This document shows, piece by piece, positions 42,119 through 53,589 of a DNA stretch of 64,000 bases (its first letter is position 1; every line of letters begins with the position of its first letter). The stretch is from Chrysiogenia bacterium (GTDB lineage Bacteria > Acidobacteriota > Aminicenantia > UBA2199). Below the pieces are notes generated by a model. The model worked only from the letters and a program-made list of their open reading frames with translations. It made no database searches and was not told the origin of the DNA. The stretch covers positions 721,428 through 785,427 of the forward strand of contig JBDRQC010000004.1 of NCBI GenBank assembly GCA_043826505.1, written 5' to 3'. Made by a program: the position numbers and the translations under genes.

Positions 42119-43474
42119 CTAATCCTGTTTTTTATGCATCAGGAAGCGGTCGTAGAGGGCCAGGCCCACCATGGAGACCACTCCCATGCCGGCCACGATC
42201 AGCCAAATGGCGTTGGGATTGGCCGGCCGGCCCTTGGCGACCGGGTTGGAGATGAAGATCTCGAACAGGCGGCCACCCAGGGGCGCGCCCACGATCGAGC
42301 CCAGGGCCACGGGCAGGTTGGCGTAGCCCAGGTACAGCCCCTCCTGTCCCTTGGGGGCAATGGCGCCGATGTACTCGTAGATGCGCGGCGAGGCGAACAT
42401 CTCGCCCAGGGCCATGGAAGCGATGGAAACGAGCAGAAAGATCCCGGCCAGCGGCAGCAGGACATGGAAACTTCCGAAACGAAGCAGGGTGACTTTCAGC
42501 GAAATATCGGCGAACAGCACGGGCGCCAGTATGTTGACCAGCATGCCGGCAGTGGTTACCAGGACACCAAAAATGATCGAGCGCACCGGTGTCCATTTTT
42601 TCGCGAAGCGGGTGATGAGCAGCTGCAGGGAGACGATCATGATCGGGTTGACCAGGGTGTAGAGCTCGACCGGGGCCTGGGGATCGATCCAGCGCAGGAA
42701 CAGCGGGATCAGGTTGTAGAGCTGAACATAAAGGATCCAGAACATGCCGATGACCACCAGGAAAAAGACGAACTTCCAGTTGCGCAGGACGGTGATGATA
42801 CCCAGCAGCGCCTGGCTCAGTGTCTTCTTGGCAGCGACCTGGCCGTCCTTCTTGCCGTCAGAGACGTATTCGGGTTCTCGATAGATAAAGAATACGATCA
42901 GCAGGCCGACGATTGTGAAAGCGAAGGCCACCGGAAAAAAGATGGCCGGGATGCCCAGCTGGCTGCGCACGAAATAAGAAACGCCGCGGCCGCTGATCGA
43001 ACCGATGTTGATGACCATGTAAAAAATGCCGAAGCCCAGGGTGGCGCGCAATCCGGATGTTTTCTGCACCGTGCCGGCGATGCAGGGTTTGACGATCGAG
43101 CCGCCTAGGCCGATGAGGACGATTCCCAGCAGGACAGGGATGGTGTAATTGCTCCCGGCCGGCCAGAAACTCTGCACGTTGCCCATGACCAGGTAGCCCA
43201 GGGAAAGCATGATGAAAGCGGTGACCAGGGAGCGCTTGAAGCCGTACTTGTCGGCCAGGGTGCCGCTGACGATGGGTAGGAAGTAGATCAGCCCCCAAAG
43301 TAGAGAGCCGTTGAGGAAAGTGGCGAAGGTAGGACTCATGCCCAGGTTTTCCGTCAGGTAGATGACCACGAACGAGGCCATGGCATAATAGGCGCCCCGT
43401 TCGAACAGTTCGATGGTGTTGGCCGTCCAGAAAGTGGCGGGAAAGCGTGCGGGTTTGCTCTCAGGCGAATTCAT
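42119..43474 (-). CDS. POT/PTR2-family peptide:proton symporter (MFS)
   Basis: 451 aa. FWTANTIELFERGAYYAMASF (ExxERFxYY-type motif). 12-14 TM helices. Confidence 0.8.
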   Translation of the reverse strand: MNSPESKPARFPATFWTANTIELFERGAYYAMASFVVIYLTENLGMSPTFATFLNGSLLWGLIYFLPIVSGTLADKYGFKRSLVTAFIMLSLGYLVMGNVQSFWPAGSNYTIPVLLGIVLIGLGGSIVKPCIAGTVQKTSGLRATLGFGIFYMVINIGSISGRGVSYFVRSQLGIPAIFFPVAFAFTIVGLLIVFFIYREPEYVSDGKKDGQVAAKKTLSQALLGIITVLRNWKFVFFLVVIGMFWILYVQLYNLIPLFLRWIDPQAPVELYTLVNPIMIVSLQLLITRFAKKWTPVRSIIFGVLVTTAGMLVNILAPVLFADISLKVTLLRFGSFHVLLPLAGIFLLVSIASMALGEMFASPRIYEYIGAIAPKGQEGLYLGYANLPVALGSIVGAPLGGRLFEIFISNPVAKGRPANPNAIWLIVAGMGVVSMVGLALYDRFLMHKKQD

Positions 43475-43488
43475 TGAAGACCTCCGGG

Positions 43489-45215
<1,727 letters not shown>

Positions 45216-45237
<22 letters not shown>

Positions 45238-46466
45238 TCGTTCAGTTCCTTGAGAGAGATTTTGATCTGTTCCTGGTTGGCCATGTTCTTGATGGAAACC
45301 GAGCTGCTCTGGATCTCGTTCTCAGCCAGGATCAGGGTGAAGGCGGCAGCGACACGATCGGCCTTCTTGAACTGTTTTTTTAGGTTCTTGCCCTGGTAAT
45401 CGAGGTAGACCGGGTAGCCTTCTTCGCGCAAAACTTGGGCCATCTGTACGGCATGGGCCAGCCACTGCTGGTCCTCATAGGCCACGAAAATGATTTTGGG
45501 CCGAGCTGGTTCCAGCCGCTCCAGGTGCAGGATAATGCGCTCCATGCCGGCGGCAAAACCGATGGCTGCCATGTCGGGTCCGCCCAATTCCCGGATCAGG
45601 TTGTTGTAGCGGCCGCCGCCCAGCAGTGCGTTCTGGGCCCCCAGCTGACCCGAGGTGATTTCAAAGGCGGTCTTGGTGTAGTAGTCCAGGCCGCGCACCA
45701 AACGCGGGTTCAACTGGAAGGAAACGTTCATCCAGCTCAAGGTCTCGCGCACCGCGGCGAAATGGTCCCGGCATTCGCCGCACAGGTGATCGCTGATGAG
45801 AGGCAGGCTGGCGGCGACTTCAGCGCAGGCTGGCAGTTTGCAGTCAAAGATGCGCAACGGGTTGCCGTCGACTTTGCGCCGGCAATCAGAGCACAACCGG
45901 CTCTCCTGGGCGCGCGCCGCCTTGCGCAGCACAAGCAGGTAGTCGGGGCGGCATTGCGGACAGCCAACCGAATTCAGCTCCAATTGCATGGCTTCAATCC
46001 CGATTTTCTTAAGGAAATCCACAGCCGAAAACATGACCTCGGCGTCTACTTGCGGCGAATCGTCAGCGAAAACCTCGACTCCGAATTGTTGAAACTGGCG
46101 GTAGCGTCCCTTTTGCGGCTTGTCATAGCGAAACATGGATCCAATGTAGTAAAAGCGCAGCGGGGACAGGGTATCGAAAAGGTTGTTTTCGATGGCCGCC
46201 CGCACCACCGATGCCGTGTTCTCGGGCCTTAGGGTCAGGCTGCGGTCCGATTTGTCGGAGAAAGTGTACATTTCCTTTTGGACGATTTCAGTTTCGCTGC
46301 CGATGCCGCGGCTGAACAATTCACTGTGTTCGAAAATCGGAGTGCGGATCTCCTGATAGAGAAATTTTTTATAATAGGCGTGGATGGCATTTTCCAGATC
46401 ATGCCATTTTTGGATCTCGGGAGCGAAAATGTCGCGTGTGCCTTTCGGCGCTTTGATTTCGTTCAT
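45216..46466 (-). CDS. hisS: Histidyl-tRNA synthetase
   Basis: 416 aa. PKGTRD, LRPENTASVVRA, FRYDKPQKGRYRQFQQFGVE and GGGRYNNL. Its 3' end overlaps the aspS start by 22 nt. Confidence 0.92.
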
Positions 46467-48064
46467 AGGTACCCCAGTGATTTTAATGTGTTCATGGTTT
46501 CTTGGTCAAATTTATTCAGTTTGCGTTTGTTGGCGGTGATGATCCGGGATATCTTCAACACCGATTTGACCATCTCCGAGCGCTGTCCCGATGGATCGGG
46601 CCCGAGGTACAGGTTTTCGATGCCGTGGCGATCCTGATTCAGGTTGATGAACTCCCAATTGTTCCCGGGTCGCCCCGGGTAAAAGATGACCTGCCAGGGG
46701 AAATGGAGCACCGAGAAGGCGTCGAAATAGGCTTCGGGAGAGTATGTCTCCAAGAAAAGCTTGGGATCGGAAGAAGCGGACAAAACGCTGGCACCTAGCA
46801 TGTGCTTGGGCGATTTGGCGCCGATCAGGGCCAGGAGGGTGGGCGCGACGCTGAAATTCGAGACCAGGGCGTTTTGAGCCTGCCGGCGCGGTATGCCTTT
46901 ACCGCTGAGCATGAACGGAACTTGGGTGTAAACCTTGTTCAAATAATGGATGTGCCCGAAATGGGATCCGTACTCGCCCAGACCTTCGCCGTGGTCGCCC
47001 ATGACCAGGAAGGTCGATTTATCGTAGAGATTTTCTTTTTTTAAATGGTCCAGAAGCAGGCCGATCTGGGAATCCATATAGCGGATCTCTTTTGCATATC
47101 CGCTTATTTTGGCTTCATTGCTGATTTTAAGCAGGTATTTAAAAGACAGTTCCGCACGGCAGGACGCTTTTCCCTTGTTGATCACAACAAGAAAGGATTC
47201 GGCATTTGCTGAGTTGAGGGTGACCATTCCGTAGCGCTCTTTGCGGCGAATCAGGTCCGGGGAGCAGGTCAGGGTGATGGCGGCGTCGGGTTCCAGGGCC
47301 TTGACATTCAGATCGGCATAGATGATTCCAGTGAAGGCCTGCTTTTCCAAAATGGGGGCAGGTATTTCCGAATCCAAACGAATCAGGTTTTCTCCCGGTT
47401 CCAAGATCAGGGGAAGGCGCAGTACCGGCTGATCGGTGCTCGGGCCGCTGAACAGCAGCTTTTGGCCGCAGCGTACAGTGAACCTCTCTTGGTTTTCGGG
47501 CGGGAAATAGGGTTCGTGGGGATCGGAATAGTGGATCCAGATAAAGGACTTTTTCCCATTGATTTTGTCGATCAGGGCAAAAGCGTCGCGATTGACCTCG
47601 GCGGCGGTTTTATACCACAGGCCGGGCTTGAAGTTTTCCAGGAAGTTGTCGAAGCCCCGGGCCAAACCGAAATTGCGCTTCAATACGGCCAGGGATATAA
47701 CGGCGCCGGTGGCGTAACCATTTTTTTTCATGATCTCGGCCAGGGAGTGGTTGGGAATAACACGCTCCTGACCGTTGTTGTAGAGCTTCAATACGTGCGG
47801 GGGCAGTGAATAAAACATGGCTGCGTGACTGGGTAAAGTGATGGGAATGACCGAGTAGGCGTTTTTGTAGTGCAGTCCAGCGTCGGCCAGGGCGGCAAGG
47901 TTCGGAGTGCTTGTGTTCCCGGTAATTGAGTAGTCGATCGCGTCTGCCCGGGTAGTATCCAGGGTGATCAGGAAGATGTGTTCCGGTGCCGAGCCACTAA
48001 AAAAAAGCAAAAAAAAAGCCAGAAACAGCAGGGGCGGCACCAGCCAGAGCAGTTTTATTTTCAT
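46463..48064 (-). CDS. Sulfatase-like hydrolase/transferase (alkaline phosphatase superfamily), exported
   Basis: 533 aa. N-terminal TM/signal segment, FLITLDTTRADA metal-site motif, TLPSH at the nucleophile position (Thr codon 47837-47839), GDHGEGLGEYG. Confidence 0.75.
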   Translation of the reverse strand: MKIKLLWLVPPLLFLAFFLLFFSGSAPEHIFLITLDTTRADAIDYSITGNTSTPNLAALADAGLHYKNAYSVIPITLPSHAAMFYSLPPHVLKLYNNGQERVIPNHSLAEIMKKNGYATGAVISLAVLKRNFGLARGFDNFLENFKPGLWYKTAAEVNRDAFALIDKINGKKSFIWIHYSDPHEPYFPPENQERFTVRCGQKLLFSGPSTDQPVLRLPLILEPGENLIRLDSEIPAPILEKQAFTGIIYADLNVKALEPDAAITLTCSPDLIRRKERYGMVTLNSANAESFLVVINKGKASCRAELSFKYLLKISNEAKISGYAKEIRYMDSQIGLLLDHLKKENLYDKSTFLVMGDHGEGLGEYGSHFGHIHYLNKVYTQVPFMLSGKGIPRRQAQNALVSNFSVAPTLLALIGAKSPKHMLGASVLSASSDPKLFLETYSPEAYFDAFSVLHFPWQVIFYPGRPGNNWEFINLNQDRHGIENLYLGPDPSGQRSEMVKSVLKISRIITANKRKLNKFDQETMNTLKSLGYL

Positions 48065-48540
48065 TTTGAGAAAGCGGAACGCAAGGTGTTGAACACCGTT
48101 TCCAGGTCGTAGGAAAGCAGCCTGGTGTCACCGACAACGGCCATGAAATTGGCGTCCCCTTGCCAACGGGGCACGATATGCTGGTGAAAATGGTCCTTGA
48201 CCCCGGCCCCGGCCGCATTGCCGATGTTCATACCTATGTTGAAACCGTCGGGATGGAAGCTTGTTTTTAAAATGGTCAGGGAACGGTTGGTCAGCTGCCA
48301 CATCTCCAGAAGATCGGTGGCGGTCATTTCCTCGGGGGCGGCGATATGGGCATTGGGGGTGATCAGCAGATGGCCGGTGCTGTAGGGATATTTGTTCAGG
48401 ATGATGAAAAATTTATTGCCGCGATAGCAGATCAGGGAGTCATGATCTTCTTTGCTCAGTGCCTGGCAGAACACGCAGCCGATATTTTTTTTAAAGTTGG
48501 AAATGAATTCCCAGCGCCAGGGGGCAGATAAATATTTCAT
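48061..48540 (-). CDS. HIT-family nucleotide hydrolase/transferase
   Basis: 159 aa. Histidine triad HFHQHIVPRW. NKYPYSTGHLLI. Confidence 0.8.
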   Translation of the reverse strand: MKYLSAPWRWEFISNFKKNIGCVFCQALSKEDHDSLICYRGNKFFIILNKYPYSTGHLLITPNAHIAAPEEMTATDLLEMWQLTNRSLTILKTSFHPDGFNIGMNIGNAAGAGVKDHFHQHIVPRWQGDANFMAVVGDTRLLSYDLETVFNTLRSAFSK

Positions 48541-48572
48541 TACTTGTTACCTGCCCCTGACCCAACCTGTCG

Positions 48573-50282
48573 TCATTTTTTTTTGTCCAGTTCGTTCTGC
48601 AGCAGATCGCCGATGGTCGTGACCTGGTCATCGCCCCCTTTCATGTATTTCTGGATCTCTTCCCGCTCCCGGACCTTGTTCAGCGCCCTTAGGCTGAGAT
48701 AAACCTTTTTGCGGTCGAGTTCGGTCCGCGATATCATGGCTTCAAGCTTGTCGCCAGGCTTGTATTTCTGTTCCAGATCCTGCAGGGTGATCCTCTCTTC
48801 GTCAATGTCGCCGATGCGGATAAAACCTTCGATATTGCGGGTGATTTCCACGGAGATACCGCCGTCGGTGATCTTGCGGACCGTTACCTCAATGGTATTG
48901 CCTGGTTTGTGCTTGGAGAAAAATGTTTTCCATTCACTTTCCGATAAATGTTTGATCCCCAGTTGAACCTTATAATTGCGGTCCAATTCGTTGCTGATGA
49001 TCATGGCGTCGATCTCTTCACCTTCCTTCATGTATTCTTCCGGGGATTCGATATGGTAATAGCTGATATCAGATATCTTCACCACTCCTTCGACTCCTTG
49101 TTCCAGTCCCAGGAAAACCCGTGATTTTAGGATCTTTTTCACTTTGGCCCTGACGATCTCCCCGCGCGAATGTTTTTCCAGGTATTTTTCTTCCGGGCGC
49201 ATTTCCAGCTGCTTCAAGCCCAGCTTGATCTTGCGGTCTTCTTTGCTGAACTCAATCACTTGCACCCATAACTTGTCGCCCACGGCTACGTATTCCTCAA
49301 CCGAGGTCGGACGCCCTTCCCAGGTCAGGTCCGAGATGTGCAGTAGCCCCTCGACTCCTTCTTCCAGCTCGATGAAGGCGCCGAAGCTGACGATCTTGAC
49401 GACCTTGGCGATCAACCTTTTGCCGATGGGATATCTGGTCTCGATGTCAATCCAGGGATCGGTGAATTTTTGCTTGATGCCCAAGGAGATCTTCCCTCTA
49501 TCCTTGTCTATCTCCAGCACTTTGACTTCGATCTCATCGCCTTTGCGCAGTTTTTCTTTGGGATGATTGATGCGGCCGTAGGAGATGTTGTCCTTGTGCA
49601 CCAGGCCTTCAAGGCCGCCCAGATCGACAAATGCCCCGTAGTCAATGATCGAGGTCACCATACCCTTGACCACTTGTCCGACTGCGAGTGACCCCAGCAG
49701 GTTTTTCAATTTTTCCTGCTTTTCATCTTCGAGAAGGATACGGCGTGAGACAGTGCCGCTCTTTTCCTTTTTATTCAGTTTAACCACCTTGAACCAGAAG
49801 TCCTTGCCCAGCATTTTTTTGGGTGCTTTGACTTTCTGGATATCCACCTGGCTCATGGGTAGAAACATCTCCACTCCCATGTCGACTAAAAAGCCTTTTT
49901 CGTCGGGGGTCAATTTGGTGATTTTTCCCAGCAGGGGTATGTTCTTTTTATAGGCGCGGAAAACATTTTCCCAGCCTTCCTGTTCGTCGAGCTGCTTTTT
50001 TGAAACGATGATGTATCCTTCCTTGAAATTGACGTTTTTGGAAAGCACCGAGATTGCGTCACCGATCTTGTATTTCATGTTCCCGTCCCAGTCCAGCAAT
50101 TCCTGACGGTCCAGAATGCCTTCGGTTTTTTGGCCAATGTCGATCACCACGCGGTTCTCGACAATATCCACGATGCGGCCTTCAATGGCAGCATTGGAAG
50201 CGAGATTTTTCAGGTCGTAATCCTTTACCAGTTCGGAAAAATCCTCGGAATTGTTCTCGATGGTGTCATTTGTGTCTGACAT
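48573..50282 (-). CDS. rpsA: 30S ribosomal protein S1
   Basis: 569 aa with six S1 (OB) repeats (e.g. VVKGMVTSIIDYGAFVDLGGLEGLVH). AAGGAG RBS. Confidence 0.9.
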   Translation of the reverse strand: MSDTNDTIENNSEDFSELVKDYDLKNLASNAAIEGRIVDIVENRVVIDIGQKTEGILDRQELLDWDGNMKYKIGDAISVLSKNVNFKEGYIIVSKKQLDEQEGWENVFRAYKKNIPLLGKITKLTPDEKGFLVDMGVEMFLPMSQVDIQKVKAPKKMLGKDFWFKVVKLNKKEKSGTVSRRILLEDEKQEKLKNLLGSLAVGQVVKGMVTSIIDYGAFVDLGGLEGLVHKDNISYGRINHPKEKLRKGDEIEVKVLEIDKDRGKISLGIKQKFTDPWIDIETRYPIGKRLIAKVVKIVSFGAFIELEEGVEGLLHISDLTWEGRPTSVEEYVAVGDKLWVQVIEFSKEDRKIKLGLKQLEMRPEEKYLEKHSRGEIVRAKVKKILKSRVFLGLEQGVEGVVKISDISYYHIESPEEYMKEGEEIDAMIISNELDRNYKVQLGIKHLSESEWKTFFSKHKPGNTIEVTVRKITDGGISVEITRNIEGFIRIGDIDEERITLQDLEQKYKPGDKLEAMISRTELDRKKVYLSLRALNKVREREEIQKYMKGGDDQVTTIGDLLQNELDKKK

Positions 50283-50300
50283 GTCGTGTCTCCTTAACGT

Positions 50301-51143
50301 TTACAGTTTCTGCAGGAAATTTTTTACGTTATTCAGTTCCTGCGGTGAGGTAGAAGCTCCGGCGCTAATACCTATGGAATTGAATTTCCTTAACTTGGCC
50401 AGGGTGGCTTTGTTCTGCAGATCGGCGCAGGTTTCGATCTGCAGGGAATTTTTGTTTTTCCCCCTGGCGATATTATAAAGTTTTTTAGTGTTGGATGAAA
50501 TCTTGCTGCCGACAACGATGATTGCGTCGACTGCGGGTGCCAGTTTTTTTACGGCTTCCTGGCGGTCCCGGGTGGCTTGGCAGATGGTGTTGAATATGTG
50601 CAGTTTTTCGGTTTTATCCAGCAGTATGGCGACAACCTCTTTGAAAAATTCGGTATTAAGGGTGGTCTGGGCAACCACGCTGATCTCGCGACAACGGGAC
50701 AGAGCCCGGGCCGCGGCCAGGGAGTTGATGATCCGCACTTTTTTAGAATAGCTTCTGGCCGCGATGATCTCGGGATGGCGCTTGTCGCCCACGATCAGGA
50801 TTTTGTTATTGGCTTTATCCAGCGCCTCGATGATCTTTTGTCCTTTTTTGACCAGTGGGCAAGTGGCGTCCAGGGTGGCTATGCCTTTCCGGTGCAGGCG
50901 CTGTTCGATATCGCGGCGAATGCCGTGAGTACGGATGCAAAGGGTCTTGTTTTTGGCGATTTTGTCGACTGCAGAAATATGTTCGATGCCTTTCGCCGCC
51001 AAATCGTTCAAAACCGGGACATTGTGGATTAGAGGGCCGAAAGTCTGAATCTTTTTTCCCTGGCGATGGTATTCATTGATCAGTTTCAAGGCTCTTTTTA
51101 CTCCAAAACAAAATCCCGCCTCTTCGGCGACTAATATTTTCAT
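50301..51143 (-). CDS. ispH: 4-hydroxy-3-methylbut-2-enyl diphosphate reductase
   Basis: 280 aa. GFCFGVKRA, GPLIHN, THG, TCPLV, NTIC and SSNT motifs. Confidence 0.9.
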   Translation of the reverse strand: MKILVAEEAGFCFGVKRALKLINEYHRQGKKIQTFGPLIHNVPVLNDLAAKGIEHISAVDKIAKNKTLCIRTHGIRRDIEQRLHRKGIATLDATCPLVKKGQKIIEALDKANNKILIVGDKRHPEIIAARSYSKKVRIINSLAAARALSRCREISVVAQTTLNTEFFKEVVAILLDKTEKLHIFNTICQATRDRQEAVKKLAPAVDAIIVVGSKISSNTKKLYNIARGKNKNSLQIETCADLQNKATLAKLRKFNSIGISAGASTSPQELNNVKNFLQKL

Positions 51144-51268
51144 GAATCAGATCACAATCATACAATATCATGGCTGTTTTGTCAACCAAAAATTGCATTC
51201 CTTCCAACGTGGCCGCGGCTTGACAACTTGCTGGCCATGGATTATAAACTTTCCGGAGGTAGCCCGCC

Positions 51269-53296
51269 ATGACGCAGAATCGGAACGATAACCGGCGCCT
51301 GTCTTTGCCTGAACAATTGCCGGTCAAAAAAGATTTTATTTCCGGCATCCGGCGAGCCCCGGATCGGGGATTTTGCCTTAGCCCCGCCCAAACCAGGATA
51401 GCCCTGAAAAATGCATTGCGCTATATCCCCACCCCGCTCCATAAAGAGATCGCGCCCGAGTTCATGGATGAGTTGCTCAACCATGGGCGCATATATGGCT
51501 ACCGTTACCGACCGGAGGGCAGCCTGAAAGCCCGTCCGCTGGATGAATATCCGGGGAAAATCCTCGAGGCCAAGGCCTTTCAGGTGATGATCGACAATAA
51601 CCTGGATTTCGACGTTGCCCTTTATCCCTATGAACTTGTGACCTATGGCGAGAGCGGCCAGGTTTTTCAGAACTGGATGCAATACAATCTGGTCAAGTTG
51701 TATCTGCAGGAGATGACCGACCGGCAGACGCTGGTGGTTTATTCCGGACATCCGCTCGGCCTTTTTGAATCCCCTGCCGATGCGCCGCGGGTCATTGCCA
51801 CCAACGGCATGCTGGTGGGCATGTACGACAATCTGGCTGGTTTTGCCCAGGCTGCGGCCATGGGGGTTTCCAATTACGGACAGATGACGGCCGGGGGCTG
51901 GATGTATATAGGACCCCAGGGCATCGTTCACGGCACCTACCTGACCTTGCTCAATGCCGGGCGCATGTATCTGGGAATTCCCGCTCAAAAGGACTTGGCA
52001 GGAGTGGTTTATCTTAGCTCCGGACTGGGCGGCATGAGCGGTGCCCAGGCCAAGGCCGTGGAGATAGCCGGAGGTATCGGGGTGTTGGCCGAAGTCGACT
52101 ATTCGCGCATCGTAACCAGGCACAAGCAGGGCTGGGTATCGAAAATTTCTTCCAACCTCGATGAGATCGCCCGCTGGTTGGACGAATATCGCAAAAGCAA
52201 AAAACCCATATCGATCGCCTATCACGGTAATGTTGTGGATCTATGGGAATATGTGTTGAGCCACGATATCCCCATTGAGCTGGCCTCGGATCAAACTTCG
52301 TGCCACGATGTCTACGGTGGCGGCTATACTCCGGCCGGCGTTACTTTTGAGGAAGGGCGGCGCTTGCTGCGAGAGCAGCCTGCTGAGTTCCGCAGGCGGG
52401 CCGACGAGTCGCTGATCAGGCAATTCCGCCTGATTCAAAAAATGGCACCCAAGGGTACCCGTTTCTGGGATTACGGCAATTCTTTTTTAAAGGCAGTATT
52501 TGACGCCGGCGCCACCGACATCACGGCCAACGGGCTCGATGCCAGCGACGGCTTCATCTTTCCCAGCTATGTCGAACATATCATGGGCCCGCTGTGTTTT
52601 GACTATGGTTACGGTCCTTTTCGCTGGGTGTGCTTGAGCGGCAAGGCCGAAGATTTGGCAAAGACCGATCGGGCCGCCATGTCGTGCCTTGATCCCGACC
52701 GCCGGGCCATGGACCGCGATAATTTCGAGTGGATCAGGAATGCCGGCAAGAACAAACTAGTGGTCGGCACCCAGGCGCGTATCCTCTATGCCGATGCCGA
52801 GGGCCGGGTGAGAATCGCCCTGAAATTCAATGAGTTGGTGCGTCAGGGCGTAATCGGTCCGGTGATGCTGGGACGCGATCATCATGATGTTTCCGGCACA
52901 GATTCCCCTTTCCGGGAAACAGCCAACATCCGTGATGGCAGCAACCTGACCGCCGACATGGCCGTGCACAACTTCGCCGGTGACGCCGCCCGCGGCATGT
53001 CCATGGTCGTGCTCTCCAATGGCGGCGGCGTGGGCATCGGCAAGGCATTCAATGGCGGTTTCGGCCTGGTCCTGGACGGCAGCGAGCGCCGCGACCGCAT
53101 CATCGCTTCGGCCATGGAATGGGATGTGCTCAATGGCATCGCCCGCCGCGCCTGGGCCCGAAATGAAAACGCCATGGAAACCGCCGCTGCCTGGAATGGC
53201 CAGCACCCGGAACGCGGCCACATCACCCTGCCCCATTTGGCCGACGACAAACTGGTCAACGACCTGGTCAAGAAGAGCTTCCCAGAGAAAAAATAA
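51269..53296 (+). CDS. hutU: Urocanate hydratase family protein, long (675-aa) form
   Basis: LVTYGESGQVFQNWMQY, TLVVYSGHPLG, SGLGGMSGAQ (NAD site) and GRDHHD. GGAGG RBS. No other hut genes in the window, so the substrate is not certain. Confidence 0.75.
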   Translation: MTQNRNDNRRLSLPEQLPVKKDFISGIRRAPDRGFCLSPAQTRIALKNALRYIPTPLHKEIAPEFMDELLNHGRIYGYRYRPEGSLKARPLDEYPGKILEAKAFQVMIDNNLDFDVALYPYELVTYGESGQVFQNWMQYNLVKLYLQEMTDRQTLVVYSGHPLGLFESPADAPRVIATNGMLVGMYDNLAGFAQAAAMGVSNYGQMTAGGWMYIGPQGIVHGTYLTLLNAGRMYLGIPAQKDLAGVVYLSSGLGGMSGAQAKAVEIAGGIGVLAEVDYSRIVTRHKQGWVSKISSNLDEIARWLDEYRKSKKPISIAYHGNVVDLWEYVLSHDIPIELASDQTSCHDVYGGGYTPAGVTFEEGRRLLREQPAEFRRRADESLIRQFRLIQKMAPKGTRFWDYGNSFLKAVFDAGATDITANGLDASDGFIFPSYVEHIMGPLCFDYGYGPFRWVCLSGKAEDLAKTDRAAMSCLDPDRRAMDRDNFEWIRNAGKNKLVVGTQARILYADAEGRVRIALKFNELVRQGVIGPVMLGRDHHDVSGTDSPFRETANIRDGSNLTADMAVHNFAGDAARGMSMVVLSNGGGVGIGKAFNGGFGLVLDGSERRDRIIASAMEWDVLNGIARRAWARNENAMETAAAWNGQHPERGHITLPHLADDKLVNDLVKKSFPEKK

Positions 53297-53303
53297 CTGT
53301 AGC

Positions 53304-53410
53304 GGCGACCCGTTGGGTCGCCCTGATGACGAGTAGGTCGCCCTTCTGTTATTCCCCGACATTTATGGCGTTTTAGCGGAACGCCCCTACCGATTCCCCG
53401 ACATCCATGG
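53304..53410. repeat. Composite REP-like element: two hairpins plus short direct repeats
   Basis: Hairpin GGCGACCC-GTT-GGGTCGCC (53304-53322). Half-site repeat TAGGTCGCCC (53334-53343). Direct repeats ATTCCCCGACATNNATGG (53351-53368 and 53393-53410, 16 of 18 identical). Hairpin GGCGTT-N7-AACGCC (53367-53385). CGCCCCTAC (53382-53390) is the reverse complement of the GTAGGGGCG at 41943. Confidence 0.6.
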
Positions 53411-53522
53411 GAGCACAGCCGGGATATATAGAGAGCAATGTGTGAGGTGGTTTTAAATGCGGTTTTTTGTTTGTTTGGGCGATTTATTTAGCAAATTCTT
53501 ATGAAATTCCAAGAAAAAACGA

Positions 53523-53551
53523 TTGAATCAGCGTCAATTTTCCTTTATAAT
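53523..53551 (+). promoter_or_regulatory. Putative sigma70 promoter of the speE-fusion gene
   Basis: TTGAAT (53523-53528), 17-nt spacer, TATAAT (53546-53551). AAGGAG RBS at 53575-53580. Confidence 0.5.
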
Positions 53552-53589
53552 GAAATCTGTTCGCATGTAGAAGCAAGGAGAAAATACTC

